Assembly (NCBI GenBank): GCA_963822945.1
Contig: CAWGJO010000021.1
Coordinates: 32,001-96,000, forward strand
DNA length: 64,000 bases
Source: an uncultured Gemmatimonadaceae bacterium
Lineage (GTDB): Bacteria > Gemmatimonadota > Gemmatimonadetes > Gemmatimonadales > Gemmatimonadaceae
Direction of reading: 5' to 3'
Position numbers and translations under genes: made by a program. Each line of letters starts with the position of its first letter. The first letter of the stretch is position 1. The notes beneath the pieces were generated by a model, which saw only the letters and a program-made list of their open reading frames with translations, searched no databases and was not told where the DNA came from. Positions 19,371 through 30,502 of the stretch are shown piece by piece.

Positions 19371-20893
19371 CTATCCGTACCCTCCGCCTCCCGGCGTCTC
19401 CACCGTCACGACATCGCCGGCCTTGAGTTCGATCCGGCACTTGGCCGGGATCGTCTCTCCGTTGAGCGCATTGCGTCCGTGCTTGCCGTCGCCGCCGCCG
19501 GCGGCACCGTGCGGCGCCGTGCGCCGCCGCTCGGTGAGCAGCGTGACGGTGCACCGCTCCAGCGCCCGGTACCGACGCACCACGCCGTCGCCGCCGCGAT
19601 GCATGCCGACGCCGCCCGATCCGCGCCGCACCGCGTACTCCTCGATGCGCAGCGGATACGCCGTCTCCAGCGATTCGATGGGCGTGTTGAGCGTGTTGCT
19701 CATCCCCACGTGGACGGCGTCCGGGCCGTCGGCGCGTTCGCTGGCCCCCTGCCCGCCTCCCAGCGTCTCGTAAAAGGTCCACCCCGCGCCGCCGAAGGTG
19801 ATGTTGTTCATCGTGCCCTGCCCCTGCGCCGCCACCGGCACGCCGCCGTTGGCCAGCGCGAGCATCAGCGTGTCGGTAATGCGCTGCGACATCTCCACGT
19901 TGCCACCCGCCACGGCCGCCGGCCACCTGGCGTTCAGCGCGCAGTCGTCGGGCACCACGAGGTCGATGGCGCGCGCGATCCCCTCGTTGGTCGGCACGTC
20001 GTCGTCGAGCAGGGTGCGCAGCACGAACACCGCCGCCGCCCGCGTCACCGCGATCGGACAGTTCACATTGCCGCGTACCACGGTGAACTGCCGGTGAAAT
20101 CGAGCCGCAGCGTGTCGCCCACCGCCTGCGCGCGCACCACCACCGGCACGGCGTCGTCCGTCACGCCGTCCCCTTCCAGCGCGTCGCGGGCCGAGCTGTC
20201 GAGCGGCCCGAGCGCCGCGATGCGCGCCCGCGCCCGTCGCTCGGTGTAGTCGAGCACCGCGTCCACGGCCGCCGCCACCCGCGCCGCCCCCTCCCGCGCC
20301 AGCAGCGCCCGCCATCCGGCGGCGCCCGCGGCACACGCCGCCAGTTGCGCGCGCAGGTCGCCCCGCCGCTCGTCGGGCGTGCGCACGTTGGCGAGAATGA
20401 AGTTCAGGATCATCTCGTCCAACCGCCCGCCGGCCACCAGCCGCACCGGTGGGATGATCAGCCCTTCCTGCACCAGTTCCGTCGCGCCCTGCGGCATGCT
20501 GCCGGGACTCATGCCGCCCACGTCCGCGTGGTGCGCGCGCACGGCGGCAAAGCCCACGATGGCGCCGTCCTGCGCGATCGCCTCCACGAGCGTGAGATCC
20601 GGCAGGTGCGAGCCGCCGCGGTACGGATCGTTGAGGATGAACACGTCGCCCGGCGCCGGGGCGTGCGCCATCACCGCGCGCACCGATTCCGGCATCGCGC
20701 CCAGGTGCACCGGGATGTGCGCCGCCTGCGCCACCATCCGCCCGCGCGCGTCGAACAGCGCCGCCGAGGCGTCGCGCCGCTCGCGGATGTTCGGCGACAG
20801 GGCGCTGCGGACGAGCACCGTGCCCATCTCCTCGGCGATCATCGCGAACGCGTTCGCCATCACGCTCAACTCGAGCACGTCGAACTCGCTCAT
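19371..20893 (-). CDS. Hydantoinase B/oxoprolinase subunit; apparent frameshift ~20085
   Basis: [44 protein letters not shown]. Confidence 0.9.
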
Positions 20894-22811
20894 GCGCCGC
20901 GCTCCAGCATCCAGCCGCCCATGGGCAGCGCCCGCGCCCGCCATCCGGCCGACACGAGCATCGTCGCGTCGGGCAACACCACCGAACACGGCTCGGCGAG
21001 CGCGGCATCGCACGCGCCGCCGGTATCGGTGAGCGATGCCGCGTCCCAGCCGGCCTCGCGGCCCCGCTCCAGTCGCACCGCGCGCGGCTCGTCGCTCACC
21101 ACGCACCGCGCGCTCACGATCTCCACGTCCACGGGCAGTTCGAAACCCACCCGCGACCGGTGCAGCTCCGCGAACCGAGCGCGGATTTCGGCCGGCGCGT
21201 CACCGGGTGACGCACTCACGTCCAGCTCGTGCCCCTGCCCCGCGAACCGGGCGCGCAGAAACCAGCTCCGCGTCCAGCCGGCCTCGCCTTCGCACCGTGC
21301 TTCGGCTTGGCGCATCGCCGCGCCAGCGCGTCAGCCGTGGTCTCGCCGGCACGCTGCATCACGCTCACCATGCCCTCGCGGCGCTCGGCGGTCATCGCCA
21401 GCCCGAGCGCGCTCAGCACGCCCGCGTGCGGCGGCACCAGCACGCGGGACATGCCCACGATCTCCGCCAGCCCGCAGGCGTGCAGCGGGCCCCCGCCGCC
21501 GAACGCCACCAGCGCGCACTGCCGCGGATCCACGCCGCGCTCCACGCTCACCCGCCGCAGCGCGCGCGCCATCGTCGCATCGGCCGTGGCCACGATCGCC
21601 CGCGCCGTATCCTCCGCGCTCCGTCCCAGCGTCCGGGCAATTGCTTCGATCCCGGCCCGCGCGCCCCGCACATCGAGCTGCACGCCGCCGCTCATCCGTT
21701 CGGCGCGGATGTTGCCGAGCATCACGTGCGCATCGGTGACCGTGGGCTGCGTGCCTCCGCGGCCGAAGGCGATCGGTCCCGGCACGGAACCGGCGCTTCG
21801 CGGGCCGACGCGCAGCGCCCCGCCGTCATCGATCCAGGCGATGCTGCCGCCACCGGCCGATACGGTCTCCACGAGCACGCGCGGCAACGCGATCGGCACG
21901 CCGGCCACCTCGCCCCCCGGTTCCACCAGCGGCTCGCCGTCCAGAATCAGCCCCACGTCGGCGCTCGTGCCCCCGATGTCGATGGTGAGCGCACGGTCGA
22001 GGCCGGCGGCGCGCAGCACGGCCGCCGCGCCCACCACGCCGCCGGCCGGTCCCGAGAGCGCGAGCTGCGCGGCACTCGATGACGCATCCTGCGCCGTGCG
22101 CATTCCGCCGCTCGACGTCATCACGCCGAGGGCCGGCAGCGACATGGCCCGCAGCCGCTCGGCCAGCCGGCGGACGTAGCGCGCCACTCCCGGCCGCAGG
22201 TACGCCTCGGCCACCGTGGTCGTGGTGCGTTCGTACTCCCGAATTTCCGGGAACACGTCCGACGAACACACGACGTCGACGTCCGGCATTCGATCGCGCA
22301 GGGCGGCGGCGAGCGCCTGCTCGTGCGATGGATCGCGGTATGCGTGCAGCAGCGCGACGGCGACGATGTCGGGCTCCAGCGCCCCCACGCGGTCGACGGC
22401 GGCGGTGATCGCCGGCGCGAGCAGCGGGCGGAGCACACCATCGGCGCCGATGCGCTCGTCCACCGGCACCACGTGCGCCGGGTGCACCAGCGGTTCCGGG
22501 TGATGCCGCGTCAGATCGTACAGCGACGCCCGCACCTGGCGGCGCAGCTCCAACAGATCGGTGAATCCGGCCGTGGCGCACAGCACCACGCGGGATCCGG
22601 CCCGCTCGAGCAGCATGTTGGTGGCCACCGTGGTGCCGTGCACCACGCGCGACACATCCCGGCGTCCGAGCGCGCGCAGCGACGCCTCGACGCCTTCGCT
22701 CTGGTCGGCGGGCGTGCTCAGCACCTTGCGCGTCTCCACGGTGCCGTCGGCGTCGATGGACACGAGATCCGTGAACGTCCCCCCGACGTCGATGCCGACC
22801 GAGGCGCTCAT
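20890..22811 (-). CDS. Hydantoinase A/oxoprolinase subunit; apparent frameshift ~21320
   Basis: [36 protein letters not shown]. Confidence 0.9.
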
Positions 22812-24370
22812 GCGAGCCGCTTCCGCTCGGTACGCCGCGTCCACCACACGCTCCCCACCAGGGCTACGGTGGCCGCCAGCGAGAGCAGCCCCACGAAGTC
22901 GCCCCACGCGTCGTACGGTGTCCGGACGTCGCTGGTCTGCAGGGCGTACGACTCGGCGGCGGGCTCGAAGATCGGCGTGGCGGCCCGGATGCGGCCCAGC
23001 GGATCGATCCACCCCGATATCCCGGTGTTGGCCGAGCGGACGATGGCGGTACGGTTCTCGATGGCGCGCAGCACGAGATGCGAGAAGTGCTGGTAGGGCG
23101 CGTTGCTGTGCCCGAACCAGGCATCGTTGGTGATGTTGATCAGGAAGTCGGCCCCGTCATTGCGGTACTGGCGCGACTCGCCGGGAAAGATCGACTCGTA
23201 GCAGATGAGCACGCCGAACCGGCCGAACGGCACGTGGTACACCACCGGGCCGGCCCCGATGCCGAACGAGCCGGCCAGATACGGCCCCGCCCACCCGAAC
23301 CAACTGGGACTGAGAAACGGCACGCGCTCGACGAACGGCACCAGGTGCCGCTTGTGGTAGATCAGCTGCGACTGCCGGCCGTCGGCGCCCACCAGCATCG
23401 CCGCGTTGAACTGGTCGTACAGCGTCCGGGAGTGCCAGACCACGTCGATCATCCCGGTGAGCAGCGGCACGTCGGCGCCCATCGTCAGCGCGCGGAGGGA
23501 GTCCGACCACGCCGGATGCGCCGGCAGATAGTCGTTGAGCGCCGTTTCGGGCCAGACGATGAGCTGCGGGTGGTCCTTCGCCTCCGCTTCGTGCGTGCCG
23601 GCGGCCAGGACGTTGATGATCCGCGCGATGCTCGTGGAGTCCCACTTCTGATCCTCGGCGATGTTCGGCTGCACCACGCCCACGCTTCCCAACGCCCGGA
23701 GCCTGACCGTGTGCATCCGCCATTCGCCGTAGCCGGCCACGGCGCACACCATGGCGGCGATCGCGGCGCCGCGGTACAGGTTGGCGCGCCGATCGCGCCG
23801 CGACAGCCACATGTCGGCCACGAGGCCGTTGGTGAGCGCGATCCAGAAGCTCACCCCGTGCACGCCGCTGATGTCGGCGATCTGCGCCAGCACGGGTGTG
23901 TGCGTGACGCCGAGCCCCAGCGGCAGCCAGGGAAAAGCGAGGTCGGACAGGTGGTTCATGGCCACTTCCGACGCCACCCAGACTACCGGCAGCAGCACCG
24001 CCATCGGCCACCGCGTGCTCCGGCGCGCCACGTACAGCGCACCGCCCGTAGCCGCGGCCAGCGCGGTGATCACGAACAGCGCGCCGAGATACCCGAGGAT
24101 GGCGAGCTTGGTGAAGATCAGCAGGGCCGTCGCGATCCAGTAGATGCTGGTCCCGTAGGCGAAGATACCGAACCACATGCCCAGCCGGACCCCAGCCCAC
24201 GGATCGTCCCCGCGGTCGGCGGCGCGCGTGACGGCGACCGCGAAGGGCACCAGACAGACGAACACGGGCCCCACCAGCCGGAAGGGCGGGAAGGCATAGA
24301 AGAAGAACACGGCCGAGAGCAGCGTGGCGAGCAACTCGGCACGGGCCGGTCGGAAGAGGCGCGAGGTCAC
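22808..24370 (-). CDS. lnt: Apolipoprotein N-acyltransferase
   Basis: Multiple TMs; WPETA, YHKRHLVPF, ICYES, TNDAWF. Confidence 0.95.
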   Translation of the reverse strand: MTSRLFRPARAELLATLLSAVFFFYAFPPFRLVGPVFVCLVPFAVAVTRAADRGDDPWAGVRLGMWFGIFAYGTSIYWIATALLIFTKLAILGYLGALFVITALAAATGGALYVARRSTRWPMAVLLPVVWVASEVAMNHLSDLAFPWLPLGLGVTHTPVLAQIADISGVHGVSFWIALTNGLVADMWLSRRDRRANLYRGAAIAAMVCAVAGYGEWRMHTVRLRALGSVGVVQPNIAEDQKWDSTSIARIINVLAAGTHEAEAKDHPQLIVWPETALNDYLPAHPAWSDSLRALTMGADVPLLTGMIDVVWHSRTLYDQFNAAMLVGADGRQSQLIYHKRHLVPFVERVPFLSPSWFGWAGPYLAGSFGIGAGPVVYHVPFGRFGVLICYESIFPGESRQYRNDGADFLINITNDAWFGHSNAPYQHFSHLVLRAIENRTAIVRSANTGISGWIDPLGRIRAATPIFEPAAESYALQTSDVRTPYDAWGDFVGLLSLAATVALVGSVWWTRRTERKRLA

Positions 24371-25389
24371 AGGAGAATCTCGCGCCCCTCGTCGGCCGAG
24401 CGATAGATGGCCTCGACGATGCGATGCAGCGTGACCTGGTCCGTCGGCGGCTCGTATTCCGCCTGCCCGCGCACGACGGCCACGAAGTGCGCCAGTTCGG
24501 CCCGGTACGACTGGATGAACGCACTGTCGCGGCTGGCGGCGCCCGTGGGCGTGACGTCGGCCGGCCGCCCGTTGATCTCCTTGACCACGCGCAGCGGCGC
24601 CAGTCGCGCGCTGCCGTGCTCTGCGAGCACCTCGAACCACCAGCGTTCTTCCTGCCCCACGTACGCGCCGGAAACGTCGAACGACAACACCATCCCGTTC
24701 TCACACGCGAGTTCCACGAGCATGGCCGACTCCACGGCACCGGCAGCGGACGGACGGATGATGTGCGCCGACACCCGGCGCGGCTCGGGAAAGTCGGCCA
24801 GCCAGCAGGCGAGATCGAGCAACGGGATCCCGTAGTCGAAGAACGCCCCCCCGCCCGATTCGGCGCGGCGCATCCGCCAGCCGGCGTCGGGCCTCGCGAA
24901 GTGGTACGCTCCGGCCCGGACACCCGTGACGCGTCCCAATTCGGCCCCGCGCAGAAACCGATCCAGCGCCTGCACGTCGGTGCGGAAGCGATGATTGTTG
25001 GCCACCACCATGCATCGCTCGGCCCGGACCGCGGCCTGCAACAGGCGTTCGATCCCGCGCGACGAGAGCGCCAGCGGGCGCTCGCACAGCACGTGCTTGT
25101 GCGCCGCCAGGGCGCTCAATACGTGCGGTTCGTGCAGGTGATTCGGCGTGGCCACGATCACGGCCTCGATGACATCGAGTTCGAGCAGGTCCTCGATGTC
25201 GGTCACGACGTCGGGCACGTCCAATCGCTCCGCGATGGCCTGCGCCTTGGCGCGGTCGTTGTCGCAGATGGCCACCAGCCGGGCGCCCCGCATCTTGCCG
25301 AGCACCGGCAGGTGTGCCAGTTGGGCGATCGCGCCGGCCCCTATGAGCCCGATCCGAACGGGCTCGATCGTTTCCCCCGCTTCTGCCAT
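24367..25389 (-). CDS. Gfo/Idh/MocA oxidoreductase
   Basis: GLIGAGAIA, ATPNHLH, HVLCERP, GGGAFFD. Confidence 0.9.
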   Translation of the reverse strand: MAEAGETIEPVRIGLIGAGAIAQLAHLPVLGKMRGARLVAICDNDRAKAQAIAERLDVPDVVTDIEDLLELDVIEAVIVATPNHLHEPHVLSALAAHKHVLCERPLALSSRGIERLLQAAVRAERCMVVANNHRFRTDVQALDRFLRGAELGRVTGVRAGAYHFARPDAGWRMRRAESGGGAFFDYGIPLLDLACWLADFPEPRRVSAHIIRPSAAGAVESAMLVELACENGMVLSFDVSGAYVGQEERWWFEVLAEHGSARLAPLRVVKEINGRPADVTPTGAASRDSAFIQSYRAELAHFVAVVRGQAEYEPPTDQVTLHRIVEAIYRSADEGREILL

Positions 25390-25400
25390 CGTCGTCGTTC

Positions 25401-26720
25401 CTATTCCACTATGCCAAGAGTCGCGCCCGGATAGTACGTGCGCAGAATGGTGCGGAAATCCTGCCCGGCCCGCGCGCGGCCGATCGCACCCCACTGACAC
25501 ATCCCCACGCCATGCCCGTACCCGCGCCCATCGAGCACCACCTGCGTGAGCGCGCCCTGCTTGTTCCGTTCCGTGCGGAGCGAGAAGTACGTACTCGAGA
25601 GAATGGCCCCCCCGTACTTGCGGAGGACGTACCGCATGTCGTCGCCCCGCAGCGTGTACGAGCCCTGCGTCGTCTTCACGTTCAGCGTGGCCACCCGGCC
25701 CGACGCCGTGTGTCCGGTGACCGAGAGCCCACGCACGAGCCCCGGATCACCGCCCGGCACCGAGGCGTAGCGCGCCAGATAGCGTGCCACCGAGCGGTTC
25801 AGCTCCGACGCCGAGAGCGTGCGCGTCCATTTGAAGTGCGGCGAGATGTCACAGTAGTAACGGTCCGTACCCGGAATCCGGTCACTCACCGAGCGCAGAT
25901 AGGGCACGGGCGGGCTGTGCCACACCTCCTCGGCGCCGGCGGTCCTCCCGCCACAGGTAGAGTGGTAGGGCGCGTTCACCACGCGTCCGCCGAACGTCAC
26001 CACGATGCCCGCGGTTGCCGCGACGGCCGCGTTCCCCACCGCCGTCTCGGCGTTCACGCCACCATAGGCCTGGTCCGTCACCCCCGCCGTGACGTCGTAC
26101 GACTGGTCGGCGGCGTCGGTCAGGTGCGTGTACGCGTAGCTCCGCGCGCTCACCGCCTGCGCCTGGATGGCCGCCGAGTCTCCCGGGTTCCGGTCGCCGA
26201 TCTCGAGCGGCACGACGCCCCGCAGGTACGTCTCCACCGGAACGCGCTCGATGACCTCCAGCCCGTAGTCGGTGCCCACCAACCGGAGTTCGCCCACGTA
26301 CCGCTTGCCGTTGACGATCATCAGCGCCGCCGGATCGTCCGCCCGGGCCACCATCGCGCGCGGTTCCCAGGCGGTGGGCGTGCCGTGGCTGCCGACCGCC
26401 CGGACGTCCGTGCCGTTGTGCTCCACGCGCCAACTCTCGTCCGGCGCGCCGCGCGCCACGAACGACTGGCCGTCGGCCTGGTACAGACGCCAGGTCCCGG
26501 TGGCCGAGATCCGCGCCGACGTCGCGTTGGTGAGCAGCGCCACGCGAATGGTGTGCGCGCTGGACGGCAGCGGATCGGGCACGCGCGGAAGACCCGCGCT
26601 CAGCCGCCCCGCCGTGGCGGGCGACGACGGACTGGATGTGGAGTCGGGGAAGCGGCCGTGAATGACTGTCGAACAGGCAACGAGGGCGCCGAGGACGATG
26701 GTGCCCGCCCGCTTATCCAC
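25401..26720 (-). CDS. SpoIID/LytB-domain lipoprotein (lytic transglycosylase-like)
   Basis: Lipobox LVAC; YLRGVVPLE, AQAVSARSY, GHGVGMCQWGA. Confidence 0.9.
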   Translation of the reverse strand: MDKRAGTIVLGALVACSTVIHGRFPDSTSSPSSPATAGRLSAGLPRVPDPLPSSAHTIRVALLTNATSARISATGTWRLYQADGQSFVARGAPDESWRVEHNGTDVRAVGSHGTPTAWEPRAMVARADDPAALMIVNGKRYVGELRLVGTDYGLEVIERVPVETYLRGVVPLEIGDRNPGDSAAIQAQAVSARSYAYTHLTDAADQSYDVTAGVTDQAYGGVNAETAVGNAAVAATAGIVVTFGGRVVNAPYHSTCGGRTAGAEEVWHSPPVPYLRSVSDRIPGTDRYYCDISPHFKWTRTLSASELNRSVARYLARYASVPGGDPGLVRGLSVTGHTASGRVATLNVKTTQGSYTLRGDDMRYVLRKYGGAILSSTYFSLRTERNKQGALTQVVLDGRGYGHGVGMCQWGAIGRARAGQDFRTILRTYYPGATLGIVE

Positions 26721-28002
26721 GCGCGGCCCCCAGCGCGGCATCCATTCGCTCCAGCGCGGCGGCGATGTCGACGTCAGCGTGGGCCGCCGACATGAAGCCC
26801 GCCTCGAACGGCGACGGCGCCAGATAAACGCCCCGGGCGAGTACCTCGTGGAAGAACCGCTTGAACAGGTCCGTATCCGACGTCCGTGCGTCGGCGAAGT
26901 TGCGCACGGGCTCGGCGCGGAAGAAGAACCCCCACATCGAGCCGGCATGGTCGGCGGTGAATGGCACGTCCCGGCGGGCGGCGATCTCGCGCATTCCCTG
27001 CACCAGGCGCGCCGTACGCCGCTCGATGCGCGCGTGCAGTTCCGGCGTGAGCATGGTGATGGTGGCATGCCCGGCCGCCATGGCCAACGGATTTCCGGAG
27101 AGCGTGCCCGCCTGATAGACCGGCCCGGCCGGCGCCACTTCGTCCATGAGGTCGGCCCGGCCCCCGTACGCGGCCACCGGCAGGCCCCCGCCGATCACCT
27201 TGCCGAGGGTCGTGAGGTCGGGCCGCACGCCGAACCGTTCCGGCGCGCCGCCGGGTGCGATCCGGAACCCCGTCATCACTTCGTCGAAGATGAGCAGGGC
27301 GCCGTGCGCATCGGCCAGCCGCCGCAACGCCGGCAGGAATCCCGGGTCGGGCGGAATGAACCCGGCATTCCCCACTACCGGCTCGACGATGATGGCGGCG
27401 ATGCGTGGCCCCTGCTCCGCCATCAACTGCTCGACGGCCGCCACGTCGTTGTAGGGCGCCACGAGGGTGAGTTCGGCCAGCGCCGCGGGAACTCCGGGCG
27501 AGTTCGGCAGGCCGAGCGTGGCCACCCCCGACCCCGCGCGGACGAGAAAGGAGTCGGCATGGCCGTGGTAGCAGCCGTCGAACTTGAGGATCCCGTCGCG
27601 CCTGGTATGGGCGCGGGCCACGCGCACCGCGCTCATCGTGGCCTCCGTGCCGCTGGACACGAAGCGGAGCCGCTCCATGTGCGGCAACCGATCACGGATC
27701 AGTTCGCCGAGCCGGAGCTCGAGTTCGGTGGGCATGCCGAAGCTGGTGCCGGCCGCCATCGCCTGCTCGAGCGCATCGAGCACCGCCGGCGGCGCATGGC
27801 CGAGCACGAGGGGGCCCCACGACAGCACGAAGTCGATGTACTCGTTCCCATCGACGTCGAACAGCCGGCTGCCCGCGCCGCGCGCGGCCACCACCGGCGT
27901 GCCGCCCACCCCGCCAAAGGCCCGCACCGGTGAATTCACGCCTCCCGGGAACACCTCCCGCGACCGGCGCATGATCTCCGCAGACTTGCTGTTGCCTGTC
28001 AT
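26713..28002 (-). CDS. hemL: Glutamate-1-semialdehyde 2,1-aminomutase
   Basis: PGGVNSPVRAF, FDEVMTGFR, GKVIGGG, YQAGTLSGNP. Confidence 0.97.
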   Translation of the reverse strand: MTGNSKSAEIMRRSREVFPGGVNSPVRAFGGVGGTPVVAARGAGSRLFDVDGNEYIDFVLSWGPLVLGHAPPAVLDALEQAMAAGTSFGMPTELELRLGELIRDRLPHMERLRFVSSGTEATMSAVRVARAHTRRDGILKFDGCYHGHADSFLVRAGSGVATLGLPNSPGVPAALAELTLVAPYNDVAAVEQLMAEQGPRIAAIIVEPVVGNAGFIPPDPGFLPALRRLADAHGALLIFDEVMTGFRIAPGGAPERFGVRPDLTTLGKVIGGGLPVAAYGGRADLMDEVAPAGPVYQAGTLSGNPLAMAAGHATITMLTPELHARIERRTARLVQGMREIAARRDVPFTADHAGSMWGFFFRAEPVRNFADARTSDTDLFKRFFHEVLARGVYLAPSPFEAGFMSAAHADVDIAAALERMDAALGAARG

Positions 28003-29378
28003 CGTCCGAAGCTCCCCATCGACGCTACCGCCGCCAGCGGCAACGGCCGTCTTCGCGTGGCTGGCGGTGCCGCGGACACCACGCCCGTGACCGCCGCCCG
28101 AAAATCGTACTCGTCCACATCGCGAATCTGCACGTCCAACAGCGCGCCCGGCGGCGCCGCGTCGGCATCCAGCCAGGTCACGCCGTCGATGTCGTCCGCC
28201 TGCCACACGGTGCGGGCCTGCACCGTGCCGTCGTCGTTCACGCGGTCCACCATGGCGCGCACCGTGCGGCCGACGCGCGCCTCGTATCGGTCGGCCGTGA
28301 TCAGGCGCTGCAGTTCGTTCAGCCGTTCCAGCCGTTCCTGCTTGAGCGACTCCGGCACGTCGTCGTCCATCTGCGCGGCGCGCGTGCCCTCCTGCGCCGA
28401 GTACGTGAACGCGCCCACGCGGTCGAACTGCACCTCTTCCAGCAGCCCCAGCAGCGCGCCGAAATCGTCGTCCGTCTCGCCCGGGAAGCCCACGATGCAG
28501 GTGGTGCGGATGGCCACGTCGGGTACCACGTCGCGGATCCGGGCCACCCGGTCACGGATGGTCGCGTTGCGTTCGGGCCGCCGCATGCGGGACAGCACCG
28601 CGTCGGAACCGTGCTGGATGGGCATGTCCACGTACGGGAGCAGCCGCGGCTCGCGCGCCATCAGGTCGAGCACGCCGGGCGTGAGCCCCGCCGAGTAGAC
28701 GTAGAGCATCCGGATCCAGGGCAGACTGGTCTCGGCCACGAGGGACCGGAGCAGGCGCTCCAGCCCGATGCCGTCGCGCCGGTCGCGGCCGTAGTGGGCC
28801 AGGTCCTGCGCCACGAGGTTGACCTCGCGCGCCCCCTGCGCCTCCAGCAGCTGGGCTTCGCGCACCACGTCGTCGAGCGCGAAGGAGCGGTGCCGGCCGC
28901 GCATGAGCGGAATGGCGCAGAACGCGCACCCGTGGTCGCACCCCTCGCTGATCTTCAGATAGCGCACGTGCGCGAGTTCGCCGGTGAACAGGCGCACGCC
29001 GGGGTGCGCCTGCGGCACGTCGTCGATGAGCCCGCGGGCTTCCAGTTCGGGGATCAGGCGGTCCATGTCCGCCGCGCCGAGAAAGAAATCGACCTCGGGC
29101 AGTTCGGCTTCGAGCTCCGCCTTGTGCCGCTGCACCATGCATCCCACAGCGACCACGGCGCGGGCATTGCCCTGCGTCTTGAGGCGTCCGGCCTCGACGA
29201 TGGCGTCGATCGACTCCTTCTTGGCGGCGTCGATGAAACCGCAGGTGTTGATGACGATGACGTCGGCCTGCGCGGCGTCGGCGGCGAACTCAGCCCCCCG
29301 GTCGGCGAGCTGTGCCAGATAGCGTTCGGAGTCGACGGTGTTCTTGTCGCAGCCGAGGGTGATGAAGGAGACTTTCAC
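27999..29378 (-). CDS. rimO: Ribosomal protein S12 methylthiotransferase
   Basis: LGCDKNTVDSE, NTCGFI, CDHGCAFC radical-SAM motif, TRAM-like C-terminus. Confidence 0.93.
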   Translation of the reverse strand: MKVSFITLGCDKNTVDSERYLAQLADRGAEFAADAAQADVIVINTCGFIDAAKKESIDAIVEAGRLKTQGNARAVVAVGCMVQRHKAELEAELPEVDFFLGAADMDRLIPELEARGLIDDVPQAHPGVRLFTGELAHVRYLKISEGCDHGCAFCAIPLMRGRHRSFALDDVVREAQLLEAQGAREVNLVAQDLAHYGRDRRDGIGLERLLRSLVAETSLPWIRMLYVYSAGLTPGVLDLMAREPRLLPYVDMPIQHGSDAVLSRMRRPERNATIRDRVARIRDVVPDVAIRTTCIVGFPGETDDDFGALLGLLEEVQFDRVGAFTYSAQEGTRAAQMDDDVPESLKQERLERLNELQRLITADRYEARVGRTVRAMVDRVNDDGTVQARTVWQADDIDGVTWLDADAAPPGALLDVQIRDVDEYDFRAAVTGVVSAAPPATRRRPLPLAAVASMGSFGR

Positions 29379-29411
29379 CCTGGAAAAGTAGCGTGGGCTG
29401 GACGGGGGGGG

Positions 29412-29477
29412 CAGTCAGGCAGTCGGACAGTCGGACAGTCGGACAGTCGGACAGTGGCGGACAGTGGGACAGTCGGA
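29412..29477 (+). repeat. Tandem octamer array, about 8 units of CAGTCGGA (5 perfect, 3 degenerate)
   Basis: cagtcagg, cagtcgga x4, cagtggcgga, cagtggga, cagtcgga; begins 8 bp beyond the stop of the four-helix-bundle gene. Confidence 0.95.
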
Positions 29478-29485
29478 CGGCGAAG

Positions 29486-29860
29486 CTACGTATTCCCTTG
29501 GCGGCTTGCCTGACGCAGGTGGACGATCAACCGAGAGAGCATTCGCTTCAGTTCAGCCGTTGCCTCACGCACTTCCATAAGGCCGACCGGATCTCCCATG
29601 CCGAGCCGGGCGGCGACGCGGAGTTGGAATTCCAGCTCGCTGGCCGATCCGAGAGAGTATTGCAGGAATTGGGCGATCTCGAGGTCCCCCGAACGACCGC
29701 ACCCCTCGGCGATATTCGAGCCCACCGAGGTGGCCGCCCGCCGCACCTGAGAGGTGAGCCCGTATCGCTCTTCCCGGGGAAACTCGCGCGTGGCCCGATA
29801 CACGAGCACCGCCAGTTCCTCCGCCTTTCGTGTGACTTTGAGATTGTCGGCCGCCTGCAT
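29486..29860 (-). CDS. Four helix bundle protein (23S rRNA IVP / Avd-like family)
   Basis: FPREERYGLTSQVRRAATSVGSNIAEG, GSASELEFQL; 124 aa. Confidence 0.9.
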   Translation of the reverse strand: MQAADNLKVTRKAEELAVLVYRATREFPREERYGLTSQVRRAATSVGSNIAEGCGRSGDLEIAQFLQYSLGSASELEFQLRVAARLGMGDPVGLMEVREATAELKRMLSRLIVHLRQASRQGNT

Positions 29861-29919
29861 GGGCCAACATGCTCGCCTTGCGCGACGGGCCCGTCACCGT
29901 TTTCGTGCATGTTGGACCC
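29861..29919 (-). promoter_or_regulatory. Long imperfect hairpin abutting the four-helix-bundle start codon
   Basis: GGGCCAACATGC (29861-29872) pairs with GCATGTTGGACCC (29907-29919); inner palindrome GACGGGCCCGTC (29884-29895). Confidence 0.6.
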
Positions 29920-29981
29920 GCTCATCGTACCGCGGCCCCTCTGCCTGCCCGACCAATCGCTCCCTTCTCTTCTCCTCTCCG

Positions 29982-30482
29982 ATGCCATCCACATCCTCTT
30001 TCGACGTCACCACGGGGGTCGACCTCCAGGAAGTCGACAACGCCGTGAACCAAGCCCAGAAGGAGATCGCGCAGCGCTACGACTTCAAGGGCTCGAAGGC
30101 AACGATCGAGTTCAAGCGGGGGGAAGCGCTCCTCGCGCTCTCGGCCGATAACGACTTCCAGATGAAGTCGCTGTTCGACGTCGTTCAGACCCGCTTAATC
30201 AAACGCGGGGTGTCGGTCAAGAATCTGGATGTCGGGGAGATCAAACCTGCCGGAGGCGATACGGTGCGCCGAGACGTCAAGCTCAAGACGGCGCTCGACG
30301 CCGACACGGCAAAGAAGGTGGCCGCCGCCGTCAAGGCGGCCAAGCTCAAGAAGGTCCAGGCCGCCATACAGGGCGAACAGGTGCGGGTGAGCTCCCCCTC
30401 CAAGGATGACCTGCAGGCGGCGATGACGATCCTCAAGAGTCAGGACTTCGGGGTGGAACTCCAGTTCGGGAACTATCGCTGA
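29982..30482 (+). CDS. yajQ: YajQ family nucleotide/c-di-GMP-binding protein
   Basis: SFDV..VDLQEVDNAVNQ, RYDFKGS, IQGEQVRV, LQFGNYR. Confidence 0.95.
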   Translation: MPSTSSFDVTTGVDLQEVDNAVNQAQKEIAQRYDFKGSKATIEFKRGEALLALSADNDFQMKSLFDVVQTRLIKRGVSVKNLDVGEIKPAGGDTVRRDVKLKTALDADTAKKVAAAVKAAKLKKVQAAIQGEQVRVSSPSKDDLQAAMTILKSQDFGVELQFGNYR

Positions 30483-30502
30483 TCCCGGCGATTTCCTGAT
30501 GT

